A stretch of 64,000 nucleotides of DNA. Source: Bugula neritina (taxonomy: Eukaryota; Animalia; Bryozoa). Made by a program: the position numbers and the translations under genes. Positions 13,701 through 26,900 of this stretch are shown piece by piece; within the stretch, counting starts at the first letter, position 1, and every line of letters starts with the position of its first letter. Under the pieces are notes generated by a model. That model did not search any database. It worked only from the letters and a program-made list of their open reading frames with translations, and was not told the origin of the DNA. The stretch is from NCBI GenBank assembly GCA_964035545.1, contig OZ037770.1, forward strand, positions 248,001-312,000, read 5' to 3'.

Positions 13701-14400
13701 TAATGCTCTCCGTTTCCATAGCAACTGTCAAATATTCTCTCACATGACTTCCTGTATTATGTAGGGGCCGGTACGCACCTCTCCATCTTCATAGCCATAA
13801 AGAAGGTAGGTCCTTAGACTATATAGTCAGATATTCTCATCACTCAACTCTCACACACAGTTCCTCTCACTCTGCCATGTTCTGTTTCCAGGGAAAATAT
13901 GATTCGCTCTTGACCTGGCCAATCATGGGCCGGATAACAATCAGCATTCTGAGTCAGAAGAAAGTCGGCCGGGAGTCTGTGCGTCACTCATTCCGCACTG
14001 ACATCACGTCTCTCTCCTACCACAGGTACTGTTGATACAGTAGTTATACATGTGTTGATACAGTGCTCGTACATGTGTCGCTACAGTGCTCGTACATGTG
14101 TCGCTACAGTGCTCATACATGTGTCGCTACAGTGCTTGTACATGTGTCGCTACAGTACTTGTACATGTGTCACTACAGTAGTTATACACGTGTTGATACA
14201 GTAGTGTTGATACAGTAGTTATACACGTGTTGCTACAGTAGTTATACATGTTCACCACATGTTGTAGACCGACCTCAGAGATGAACCAAGCTAGTGGAAT
14301 ACCCAAAGCTCTAGACTTGGCGTTACTGAAGCAGCCGAGTGACTACCTGGTGGACGACACACTCTTCATACAAATAGTAGTCGATCCCAAGCTTAACTGA
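10800..14400 (+). CDS. TRAF: TNF receptor-associated factor (TRAF) family protein: degenerate RING, TRAF zinc fingers, coiled coil, MATH domain
   Basis: Exons 10800-11039, 11605-12208, 12795-12975, 13210-13333, 13515-13650, 13765-13805, 13892-14025, 14268-14400 (TGA). MATH signature: GPQFYTHEFGYLMVPILYPNGDGGGAGTHLSIFIAIKKGKYDSLLTWP...RPTSEMNQASGIP...YLVDDTLFIQIVVD. Zinc fingers: VKCSNNNLGC...HLSNTC and CPSC...HTSSC. Orthology to a specific vertebrate TRAF is not resolved. Confidence 0.93.
11140..11578. repeat. Intronic (ACTC)n/AGTACTCAC-based satellite, TRAF intron 1
   Basis: Tandem degenerate copies. Confidence 0.9.
12212..12765. repeat. Intronic minisatellite, 11-bp unit (AGTTAGTGTGT), TRAF intron 2
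   Basis: About 50 tandem copies starting right at the donor site. Confidence 0.95.
12977..13209. repeat. Intronic 35-37-bp tandem repeat making up essentially all of TRAF intron 3
   Basis: Unit TATGTGTGACCTTCACCTTGTATATACTGTACTC. The first copy begins at the GT donor and the last ends CCTTGTAG, the acceptor. Confidence 0.92.
14029..14252. repeat. Intronic minisatellite, ~23-bp unit (CAGTGCTCGTACATGTGTCGCTA)
   Basis: Tandem copies. Confidence 0.88.
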
Positions 14401-14814
14401 ACTCAAGTTTGCTCTACGTAGAAGACAACTCCTACACTCCTACTATGGATTGAATATCCAGCCAGCTAGGCTCTTCTAGAATTACTGTGTTCCATATTAT
14501 AACCATTAATTTATATTATTATTGATGTATTTTCGTGGCCCAAACCAACTTTCATACACTTTTATATTTCATTTCGGTCTGATTTTCAAAATTGTAGAAT
14601 ATTTTGGTACTCTACATTATAAGTTATAGGATATGTTATTGTAATGTGTACAGTACTATAACGTTGTACAAAATTGTATTACAATGACTTATAACATCAT
14701 ATACTACACTAATCTACCGACTGCTAAAATACAAATACTATAGAACTTGACCTTCACCTTGCAACCTTTCATTTCTTGCAGATAATTGAATCAACATGTT
14801 TTTAGAAGACAATA

Positions 14815-14827
14815 ATTAAATTTTATT
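14815..14827. terminator. Adjacent opposite-strand poly(A) signals: ATTAAA (+, TRAF) and AATAAA (-, RERE)
   Basis: ATTAAA at 14815-14820 and TTTATT at 14822-14827, between the convergent stop codons at 14400 and 15369. Confidence 0.45.
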
Positions 14828-15368
14828 TAAAAATATGATAATATTAAAGACATTCAGATAGTACGCATCAAGTATTTTCTTAGGACACATAAACGGGTAG
14901 ATATAATATACAAAGTCCACAGGGATTGGTAGATACTTTCCTACAGCGTGTTACAAAGACTCTGATTGGTGGAAAATATACCACCTAACTATGCGCGACT
15001 TTAGCTGACAAACTATTTAAAAATTGTATGCAGTAGGGAAACACTCACTCAGAACTTAAAGCAAATGAAATCGTGTAATTTCATATAAAGTCTCTCTTTT
15101 TCTTTGAGAATAAACAAATATATACATCATCCCATATGTAGTACGGGCAGAGCATACAAAAATATTAGAGATGAACCAGGGATAAGGATTCGTCCGCTCA
15201 TTTCATACTGAGACACAACTGCAGACATCAGTGTAACTAAGGAGATCAAAGCTTATGACTAAAACTATCAACAAGACAATACGATTGGCTCTGTCAGTGG
15301 ATATATCCAACCAATTACAATCTTGATTACATAATGACAGGTCCAAATCGTTGAGTGGCAGTTCAAGG

Positions 15369-18300
15369 TCAATGAGGGGGCAGATGTGAAAGCTGCCGTT
15401 CTCTCTCCTGTTGGAGAAGATGTCTTTGTAGAGCTTCTTGGTGGGCAGCGACAGCTGCCGGGTTGGCACTCATCAACTGCAACAGAGAGCATACATAGTA
15501 TAGCAGAGAGCATACATAGTATAGCAGAGAGCATACATAGTATAGCAGAGAGTATACATAGTATAGCAGAGAGTATACATAGTATAACAGAGAGTATACA
15601 TAGTATAGTAGAGAGTATACATAGTATAACAGAGAGTATACATAGTATAACAGAGAGTATACATAGTATAACAGAGAGTATACATAGTATAACAGAGAGT
15701 ATACATAGTATAACAGAGAGTATACATAGTATAACAGAGAGTATACATAGTATAACAGAGAGTATAACAGAGAGTATACATAGTATAACAGAGAGTATAC
15801 ACTACCTGCTGTTGCATGGCCAGTAGCTGTTCTCGCTGACTGACCTCTTGACCTTGAGCGGCAGCGAGTGCTGCCATAAACTGAGCGGCCTCTCCGGAGG
15901 TGGAGGTAGGAATATTGAGACCCATAGGAGGGGTTCCGGGGAAACCAGGGGGCAGCGCCCCGTAAGGAATACCTCCACTAGCGGCAGCGGCTCGAGCCAG
16001 GGCAGCTTGCTGATCACCTGGAGAGGAAAGAGTAGTCTGTGAACAGACACTTCCACTGATGACAAGACACGCCCACTAACAAACAGACACGCCCCTAATT
16101 AATCAGACCCGCCCACAGCGAATGCTGAACATCTCACCTAAGTTCTGTAGGAACTGCTGCGCCAGGAAAGGGTGCTGAGATGCCAGAGCGGCAGCAGCCT
16201 GGGCCTGCTGAGCAGCCTGGGCCTGCTGAGCAGCCTGCTCGGCCTGCTGGTGGAGGTGCAGGTGTGTGTGGGTGTGTGTGTGGGCGTGAGCGGTGTTGGC
16301 GAGTCCGGCAGCCAGCCTCTGCTCCGCTGACAACCTGTCGGCGGCAGACATTCTCTCTGCAGGATTCTGAGACATCTGAGACATGGGATCAGAGAGAACA
16401 GAGTTGGAGGTGAGGAGACCACCTGGAGGGATGAGTATATATAGAGAATATATAGAGTATATAGAGAGTATATACAGAGTATATATAGAGTATATAGAGA
16501 GTATATAGAGAGAGTATATAGAGAGTATATAGAGAGTATATATATAGAGTATATAGAGAGTATATAGAGAGAGAGAGTATATAGAGTATATATAGAGAGT
16601 ATATAGAGAGTATATATAGAGTATATAGAGAGTATATAGAGAGTATATATAGAGTATATATAGAGAGTATATAGATAGTATATATAGAGAGTATAGAGTG
16701 TATATAGAGAGTATATAGAGAGTATATATAGAGTATATAGAGAGTATATAGAGAGAGTATATAGAGAGTATATAGAGAGTATATATAGAGTATATAGAGT
16801 ATATAGAGAGTATATAGAGAGAGAGAGTATATAGAGTATATATAGAGAGTATATAGAGAGTATATATAGAGTATATAGAGAGTATATAGAGATTATATAG
16901 AGTATATAGAGAGTATACAGAGAGTATATAGAGTATATAGAGAGTATATATAGAGAGTATATATAGAGAGTATATAGAGAGTATATAGAGAGTATATAGA
17001 GAGTATATAGAGAGTATATATAGAGAGTATAGAGAGTATATAGAGAGTATATATAGAGAGTATATAGAGAGAGTATATATAGAGTATATACAGAGTATAT
17101 ATAGAGTATATATAGAGTATATAGAGAGTATATAGAGAATATATAGAGGATATAGAGAGTATATATAGAGTATAAGAGAGAGTATATAGAACACACAGCA
17201 ACTCATGTAGAATATGTCATATGAATTCAGTAAGACTAATCTAAGGCTCACCTCCGAGTTTCTGCAGTTTTTCTCTCTCCCTAGCAAACATCTCCGCCGT
17301 GATATTCGAGCCAGCCATGCTGGAAGGAGGCAGTCCCATTGGCATGCCCATCGGTAGACCGGCCAGGGCACCAGGGGGCAGCATTCCACCGGGCGGCATC
17401 GCTGTAGAATGTAACATAGTGAGTCTAATAATAACTACTCTACTAATAACTAGTAACTATTCTACTAGTAACTATTCTACTAGTAACTACTCTACTAGTA
17501 ACTACTCTACTAGTAACTACTCTACTAGTAACTAAGAACTCACATTGCTGTAACTTGCGCTGCATTTCCATCATTTGTGCTTCTATCAAGGACTTACTTT
17601 CCATGGGCATACCACCACCATGGCCACCGACACTGGCTGCAGCAGCGGCAGCAGCAGCGGCTGAATGACCAGCCAGAAGCATCTTCTGATGCGACTCCAT
17701 GTCCTACAAAACATAACAGCTTTCACTCTCACTGTGACTAGTACTATGAGTACTGTGACTAGTACCATGAGTACTGTGACTAGTACTATGAGTACTGTGA
17801 CTAGCACTATGGATACTGTGACTAGTACTATGAGTACTGTGACTAGCACTATGGATACTGTGACTAGTACTATGAGTACTGTGACTAGTACTATGAGTAC
17901 TGTGACTAGCACTATGGATACTGTGACTAGTACTATGAGTACTGTGACTAGTACTATGAGTACTGTGACTAGTACTATGAGTACTGTGACTAGTACCATG
18001 AGTACTGTGACTAGTACTATGAGTACTGTGAGTAGTACTGTGACTAGTACTAAGAGTACTGTGACTAGTACTATGAGTGATTGAGCAGACTAGAGATTGA
18101 ATAAAGTACCGTCACAGTAACTGTTGCATTACCTGAGCTTTAAGTGCCGCATCAAGTCGCTCTCTGATTTCTGGAGGATAGATTCTCTCGATCTGCTCCA
18201 AGGGAAACATGTTGCGTGCCATACGGTAGTACTGGAGGGACACACTCTCCATGCCTGGGGGCATTCCACTCATAGCGGCGGCGGCCATTGCCGACATGGG

Positions 18301-21300
18301 ATTGGCCGAGTACGCAGCCAATCGGGCAGCCATGTCTTCTGCAACAGACAATTAATGGATGTGAAACATTCTGACTCAATCATTTAGCGAGTTACAGATA
18401 ACTAGAAGACAAACTGCCCAACTCACGCATATTCACACACACATCACGCCGTGCTATGACATCACCCCGTGCTATGACATCACGCCGTGCTATGACATCA
18501 CGCCGTGCTATGACATCACGCCGTGCTATGACATCACGCCGTGCTATGACATCACCCCGTGCTATGACATCACGAGTCACACAGAACTATTACCGTTGAT
18601 GGACTGCTGAGGGAGAGACTGTCTGCCCGCTAACTGACTGAGATGGAGCAGGGCGGGCGTGCTGGGAGTGTTGGGGTGAAACATCTGCTCATTCATACTG
18701 CTCTGCTGCGACCTTGGAGTGACCCTTTGACTCGGTGTTGTCACTCTGTGATTGGCCGGATGACTGGCTGCATGACTCATAGCCGAGTGCATGGAGGAGG
18801 GAGCGAGAGAAGCGATCCTCTGATCTCTAGAGTGATGGTGAGGTGATTGCATACTCATAGAACTGGGCGGCACCGTAGCTCTCATTGGCGGCATCGCCTG
18901 ACTCGTGTGTCTGATGACATCACTAGATCCAGAATGAGGCTCCAACTTCACCTTCATATCCGTCACCTGCAAAACACAGAGGTAAGTATACAGAGGTAAG
19001 TATACAGAGGTAAGTATTACACAGAAGTAAGTATTATCTGAGAAGTAAGTACTACCTGAGAAGTGGAGGACTGGGGTACAGAAGCTACGGAAGCTAAGGG
19101 CTTCTTCGCACTCTCCTGGCGCTTCTTGGCGACATCACTGAGGGGAGGCGGCAGGTAGTGAACGTCAATCCGACAGCAGCTGTTGTTCTCTCTCTGCAGG
19201 CATCTCACAAAACTAGAGGAATACAATATATTACACCGTATTATTATATTACCAGTATATTACATCGTATTACTATATTACCAGTATATTACACCGTATT
19301 ACTATATTACCAGTATATTACACCGTATTACTATATTACCAGTATATTACACCGTATTACTATATTACCAGTATATTACACCGTATTACTATATTACCAG
19401 TATATTACACCGTATTACTATATTACCAGTATATTACACCGTATTACTATATTACCAGTATATTGCACCGTATTATTCTATTACCAATACTTACTGTGCA
19501 TTTTTCGTCTTGTGAAAGACTTCGTTGCAAGGAACAGCAGTCGAAGTATCGGGCAGCACCGGCTCTTCATTCTGTAGACTGTGTTCTGAGACAGAGGAGG
19601 GGGTGGGGGAGGGTGGGGAGTCCTCCGTGCTGTTGTCATCCTGGAAATATGAGAGCTTAGGCTATAGTGTATACTGTATACCATGTAGTGTGTACTGTAT
19701 ACCATGTAGTGTGTACTGTATACCATGTAGTGTGTACTGTATAATATGTAGTGTGTACTGTATACTATGTAGTGTGTACTGTATACCATGTAGTGTGTAC
19801 TGTATACCATGTAGTGTGTACTGTATACCATGTAGTGTGTACTGTATACCATGTAGTGTGTACTGTATACTATGTAGTGTGTACTGTATACCGTGTAGTG
19901 TGTACTGTATACTATGTAGTGTGTACTGTACACTATATACTGTATACCATGTAGTGTGTACTGTGTACTATGTAGTGTGTACTGTATACCGTGTAGTGTA
20001 TACTGTATACCATGTAGTGTATACTGTATACCATGTAGTGTATACTGTATACCATGTAGTGTGTACTGTATACCATGTAGTGTGTACTGTATACCATGTA
20101 GTGTGTACTGTATACCATGTAGTGTATACTGTATACCATGTAGTGTATACTGTATACTATGTAGTGTGTACTGTGTACTATGTAGTGTGTATACCTGCTC
20201 AACGTCACCCATGTTTCCGGCATCTTCTCCGTCTGCAGATGGTCCTTGAACTTGCCTCCGCTCCAGCTCAGACGTCAACGAATCTGGCGAGGAGTTGTCT
20301 GTTTTCTTCACTTCCTGTCCTTCAGTGACGGGAGTCTCGCCTTCAGGATCTGCTGCCGCTTCTGATTGCAGCTCGCTCGGCAGCACTTCCTGTTTAGGCG
20401 CTATGAGGGCGGAGCTTGTGTTACCAGACAGCAGCGTTCGCTTGACATTTCCAGGAGCTTTTCGTTTCCTGGGCGTCTGAGGAAAAGGATAAGTGATTCG
20501 TTACAAGCAGAGTACTAGTAGTACTACTAGTACTACTACTACTACTACTAATATTACTCACTTTGCTAGTGCTGCCATTACTGCACGTGCTGCTGGCACT
20601 CGGACTTTTCCTTCCCGTCTCGTCTGCCACGCCGTCTGTCTCGGTGGGCAGCTCAGCTTCTGTGTCCATCACTTCCTCCTTCAACTTCCTCTTGGGCAGA
20701 GGACGTCTGCAGGTAGAGGCGGGCTCCACGGGTCTGAACAGGTACTCGGGGATTCTGTCTCCATTCTCGTCTCCAAACTTACGGTAGTTGAGTTTACATG
20801 ACTCACAGACGAAGCCGTGCTGGTCGACGTAATGCCATTGGTTAGAGGCTGCAATATTATCATATACTTACACTACAGAGTATATACTTACACTACAGAG
20901 TATATACTTACACTACACAGTATAGACTTACACTACACACTATGTACTTACACTACAGAGTATGTACTTACTCTACAGAGTATATATACTTACACTACAG
21001 AGTATAGACTTACACACACTATGTACTTACACTCCGTATCACATCTGAAACAAGAGTAACTCTCAGGACTCTCCACCTCCTCAGACTCGCTGCTGTTCTC
21101 ACCAGCCGACGACGCTGCCTTACTGGTGCTGCCACCAGACTTGCGAGACTTGGGTCTGCGGCCGTGTCGGTTGGGGACGGTGGAGATGGGAGTCTTCTTC
21201 CAGTAGTAGTAGTACTCTATCAGCTCCTTCTGCAACACACAGACAGACATGTGTGAGAGAGAACAGACAGACATGTGTGAGAGAGAACAGACAGACGTCT

Positions 21301-23888
21301 GAGAGAGAGAACAGACAGACGTATGAGGGAGAACAGACAGACGTCTGAGAGAGAGAAGAGACAGACGTCTGAGAGAGAGAAGAGACAGACGTATGAGGGA
21401 GAACAGACAGACGTCTGAGAGAGAGAACAGACAGACGTATGAGAGAGAACAGACAGACGTATGAGAGAGAAGAGAGGTCAAGAATTAGGACAACTTTAAC
21501 AACTACCGCAAACTCTCACCGTTTCCTTCTCTGGGAGAAACTCCTTTCTGATGCGGAAGAAATTTTTACCAAACACACGAAGTCCTTTCATGAACTTTTT
21601 CTACAATAAATATTTCATCTCTATGAGTATACACCACACAGTACACACCACATACCACACAGTATACACTACATACCACACAGTATACACTACATACTAC
21701 ACAGTACACACTACATACCACACAGTATACACTACATACCACACAGTACACACTACATACCACACAGTACACACCGCAGAAGACACAAAGGCTACACTCA
21801 CCGAGTCCTCGTCATCCCACCTTCTGTCTACACTCCTTACGAGGGGGACACTCTTCACAAACTCCGCTACGGCCCTGTTCTTGTCGTAATCACTTCTGTG
21901 AAGCTGCAATATCATACGAGAACTCCCTATATATCAGCGTACTGTAGATATCATTCACCGGCTTTCCATGTACCGATCTCAGATCGATCTCGCTGAGATC
22001 GATCTGAGCATACCTCTCAGATCGATCGTTTTTCCATGAGAAGTGTCAGATCGATCTCACGGAGTTGCCTCCTCTTAAGTGAAGAGTACTTTAATAGTAT
22101 AATTTGTTCACAAATCTGGATGATTAAAGCTGCTGAGGTTAAAAAACAAGATTGTTGATGTCTAAAAATTAATGGTGCTTGTAAACAATACGCAACAAAG
22201 CTTTTAGTGTAAAGTAATATAGCCAATTTAAGATAATCACTTTTAATTTTTTAGCTCAACAGCTTAAATAAAATTAATAGCTATCTTGCAGATTATTCAT
22301 AAACTTACAGGATTGTTAAGCTTGAAATTACGCAGCAAATAACTAATGAAAGTAAGTTTTACTAGTCATTTAAATTCAATTTAAATGCTCCAATTTTTTG
22401 TAATTTCTATGGACTATAATTTTATATAATTGAGTTTTTTTAATCATAGTACTGAAAGTCAAAGTTTTGGCATCTGAAAATGTGGCTATCGTAATTATTA
22501 AGTAATTTGCTTAGTAATTATCAATAAGTTGTCATTTTTATCAGCAGACAACATTTTAGCGAACAGTCTTTTTCTACTTCTCAGATCGATCTGGAGTCTT
22601 TCCATGGATCGATCTCACTGAGATCGGTACATGGAAAGCCGGTGATAGTGAGATACTCTAGAGGTCATAGTGAGATACTCTAGAGGTCATAGTGAGATAC
22701 TCTAGAGGTCGTATACGTACGTGGTTGAGGGCGAGTTGCGTGTTCTCATCTCTCCTGGCGGAAGCTACGCTCTCGTCGACTGCCTTCCTCTCAGACATGT
22801 TGGTGAAGGAGGCAACCATACTCCTGGTGGCCGTCACGTACGCCTCCAGCTCGTCCTGCAGCAGACGTATATCTCTCAGTATATAACTATATCTTACTAT
22901 AAGTCACACTCACTCTCAGTGATACTGACTATGAGTCACATTGACAATGAGTCACACTGACTATGAGTCACACTCACCATTGGTATGTTATCGGGAGACC
23001 ACAGCTGTTCCTCCCCATTGTCTCCACCCCCAATACCCTCTGGCATTGACCTGCAAGGTCGCGCACTCGGCAATATCGACTGTTTGCATTCCGGCAGTTT
23101 GGCCTACAAGTACAAGACTCCTACTATACTGAGAGTTTAGAAGCAGTGAGTGTGTGACTGTAACCAGTGTGTGATGTGACACACTGGTCACAGCCAACAG
23201 ATATCCCCACACTGTACTGCTCAGTGTTATAGTGCTCAGTGACGCATACAAAGTGAAGCACACACGTGATACAAGAGAGATAAGGATATACGATGGGTAA
23301 ATATTTGGGCATTCATCAAATAGTGTCGTATTGAGAGCCAAGCAGCGTATCATTAGACTAGCTGACGGCGAAGACAAGCAGATACTAACAACTGAGTCAC
23401 TGAGTCAGTTAATCAATCTACAGCGTAACAATGACCTCTACAAGCAGTATTAGTAAAGGTTACATGAGATCTCTATTAGCCTACAAAGTGCACTCCAACG
23501 TGCCCCTGTTGGGGGACTGATGCTATAACCAGCTCCAGTTAAAAGGATTCACTTCTTCCTATTATTAGCTTAAAGTATTAAGTGCCACAGAAAAGTAGCT
23601 AATTACAAGATAGCCATAGTATGAGAGGAAACAGTAGAGTATGCAGTACCTGGTGGCCAGAGCCTATGCGAATCTCTCCCTGTATAGTCGCCAGCCTCCT
23701 GGTGTCCGGGTTGTATCCAAGGAGAGTGAAGAAGGTGTCTGGAGACGCTACGAACTTTCTCACTGAGTGAACGTCAGTCAGTTGAATTACTGAGCATTTC
23801 CCTCTGCATTAATACAATATAACTCTGTATTAGTACATAGTATTAGTACTACTACTACCATTACTACTAGTACTACTAGTACTACTAG

Positions 23889-23924
<36 letters not shown>

Positions 23925-26900
23925 TATGCCTACTAGTACTACTACTAGCACTACTGCCAGACACCACTACCACTGCTAGTGCTACTATTACTGCTACTAC
24001 TACTACTACTACCACTACTAGTACTACTACTACCACTACCACTACTAATACTAGTACTACTACTGCTACTACCACTACTACTACTACTACCACTACTAGT
24101 ACTACTACCACTACTAGTACTACTACTACCACTACTAATACTAGTACTACTACTACTAGTACTACTACTACTACTACTAGTACTACTACCACTTTCAAAG
24201 CCCTGACAACTACTGCATGTAATACAAACAATACTTTTGGGCTGCTGAAAGAAACCTCTCAGTATTAAAGCTAATTGGCAGGTTGCATGGGCACCAGTGA
24301 GAGATTATGACTTGTAGGTGTTGAGTTTACAAGAGCTGTTGGACGAGTAGAACCAGCACCAGTATTGCTAGCACCAATCAATAATAACACCCCTGGCACC
24401 CAGCAAACCAACAGATGTCAACTGACAGGCTACCATCACGTGACACGTGACAGGCCCATAGCGGATGCAAACAAACTGATTAAATGCCACAAATGCACGA
24501 CTTGGCTGGTTGAATCGAGGGCAAGTAACGTTGCATCACCGTGATTAAGTGGCGAGTAGCCAGCCACAGTAAATGTTATTAATTCTCTTAGTAGTAGCTC
24601 ATTACTACTAGGCATAGCCTATAGGAATCCCCATATATTATTAGTACAAAATGGCTCGCAGGTCGACAGCTAGTTGTATACAGGGCGTTACTCGCATCGG
24701 CCCACCAAGTGTCCAGGTCAGCACGTACGTGAGCAATACAAGATGTCCGTGGAAACCGTACGATATACTCCACGCCGTCACGCAAGTTGGCAGTTTACTA
24801 CTACTAGTAGTATGACTACCTGTATGCCATCACAGCTGGTTATTAATACACTAGGGATATAATGATGCTGGCATTGGCCATGTATCATATACTGATCAAA
24901 GCCAGTAACTAGAATATTAAACATACATAACGAACACTCTTGCTACACTACACTATACACACTCGGGCTATTATTACCACATAAACATAATTATTTCTTC
25001 AAGTAGCCACTCCGCTGCTCAACACGAGTTAAGGAAGCCACACGGAGCCCCCAAACTATGAGGGAAATGCTCACAGGCTATTCGCGAGAGTAGCTAACAA
25101 TCTTCAGTAATGACAAACAATCTATAAATATAATGGGCCTTTTGACTACGTGTTTATCCTATTACTGTATTTGTTTGGATTCTAAGAAAGGGAATTCGTT
25201 GTGGGTGTAGCAATTTGTCTCAGCTACAGCCAGCTCCACCAGCTACTCCAACTGAGAAACCCAAACATTCACTACTAAAATACTGGTACTAGTCATCTGA
25301 GTACAACTATTAGTCACTTTGAGCACTACCAGTTATATTAGTACAGCTACTAGCAACTTTCAGTACACGTATTCCACACTTTAGTACAACTATGAGTCAT
25401 TTGAGCCCCTATCAAGGCATACACTGGGTACATTAATTTAGTGTCAAACAGATTTTGATAGTTAAATTTCTTCGGTACCCCAACTTAAAGAGGGGATGCC
25501 AAGCCAGCCCTTTTGTGTCCAGGGAGGGGGTTAGGATTCACAGACTATTCATCAGAAATAAAGCTGCATTAGAAATGAAATGGGTCAATTACTCAGCTAC
25601 GAAGTCTGAGTTGGCAGGGGAAATTGGAAAAAAGGGTGTTGAGGAAATAGAGGAGATTAGGCTGCTGCTATAAAATTAAACAAAACTAATGAATTTACTC
25701 AGACTACCCACGACTAAACAACAAGCAATAGAGAGATTATTATCTGCAGGACAACAAAGAAGGGGTGCTGGGCAGGGTTACAGATTTACATTAAACTGGA
25801 ATTATATGACTAAACCTGTAATTACTAGCTGTTGTTGCTCAGTCTAACTAAACAAGCTGCAATTAAGGTCTATACTATCACATGATTTGGATATTAATAA
25901 ACTGTTTGTTGCACAGAGCAGTGCGCAGAGCAGACTGCACTAAAAGTTACCAAAGTAAAGCCAATAAAACTCCAAGAGCTGGGTGCTCAGCAAGTCCAGA
26001 TGATTTGCACAAACTGAAAATCTAGACATTTCATCGAAACTGAAAACCTCTACTGAAATTTCAGTGAAAGCACTATGACTACCAGGTCAAAAACTAAGTT
26101 TCATTTTCTAATGTTCTAATGACAATAACCTTTGTCAGTTGCTGCTAGCGTACCATAATGACAATTATCCTAGGACCTAAACATGTCAGACTGATAGTAA
26201 TAGCAATACCACACTAAACCTGCCCAGACTAACCGGTCACGTGACTCAATTGGCTGTACTTACATCTATTCACATCTACCTCTACACAACGCGTGCTGAT
26301 TACTAGACACGACGATGTGGTTATGGAAATCAGAATGAATTATTAATTCGACTTATTCATGCTGCAGCAGGAAGCTGAATTAGAACACGAACTAAACGAT
26401 CAAAGTCTAATGCTATGAATTAAAATATACTTACAATGACCTGCGCACAGCAAGATGGTGTCAAGTGAAGATGAGCGTGGTTAGGCTCAATATCAGTATT
26501 ACTATCCTTTGGTGTGAGCTACTAGATGAGTGTGATGTCACGAGGCTTAGTACTCTACTAGACCTAGTAGTATATGTATACTGTCCGCACCAGAAATGAA
26601 TTGCCAAGTTGATGTAGCTTCAAACTAATGACTAAAATATGCCGATATTTGCACTGTTCCTGATTGACATTATCAATTAACAAGTAGTACAGGCATACAA
26701 ACGTACTGATTCGAGTGTGAACGGAATGCAGCGTCTTTAAGTAATGTTAATTTGATAGTGTGGAAGATACTTGCCGAGCCGAAGGGCACTTGCTTACTGT
26801 AATTACTCAAAAAATAGCTCGTATGCGTTCCTTTATCTCAGGGACAGCAAATAAATTTAGTGACGAAAACGTTCTAAATTTTTCTTTTTTTTAAATGTTA

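Noticed and set aside
23830-24231. Poly-Val / poly-Leu ORFs
   Set aside because: They are translations of an (ACT)n intronic simple repeat.
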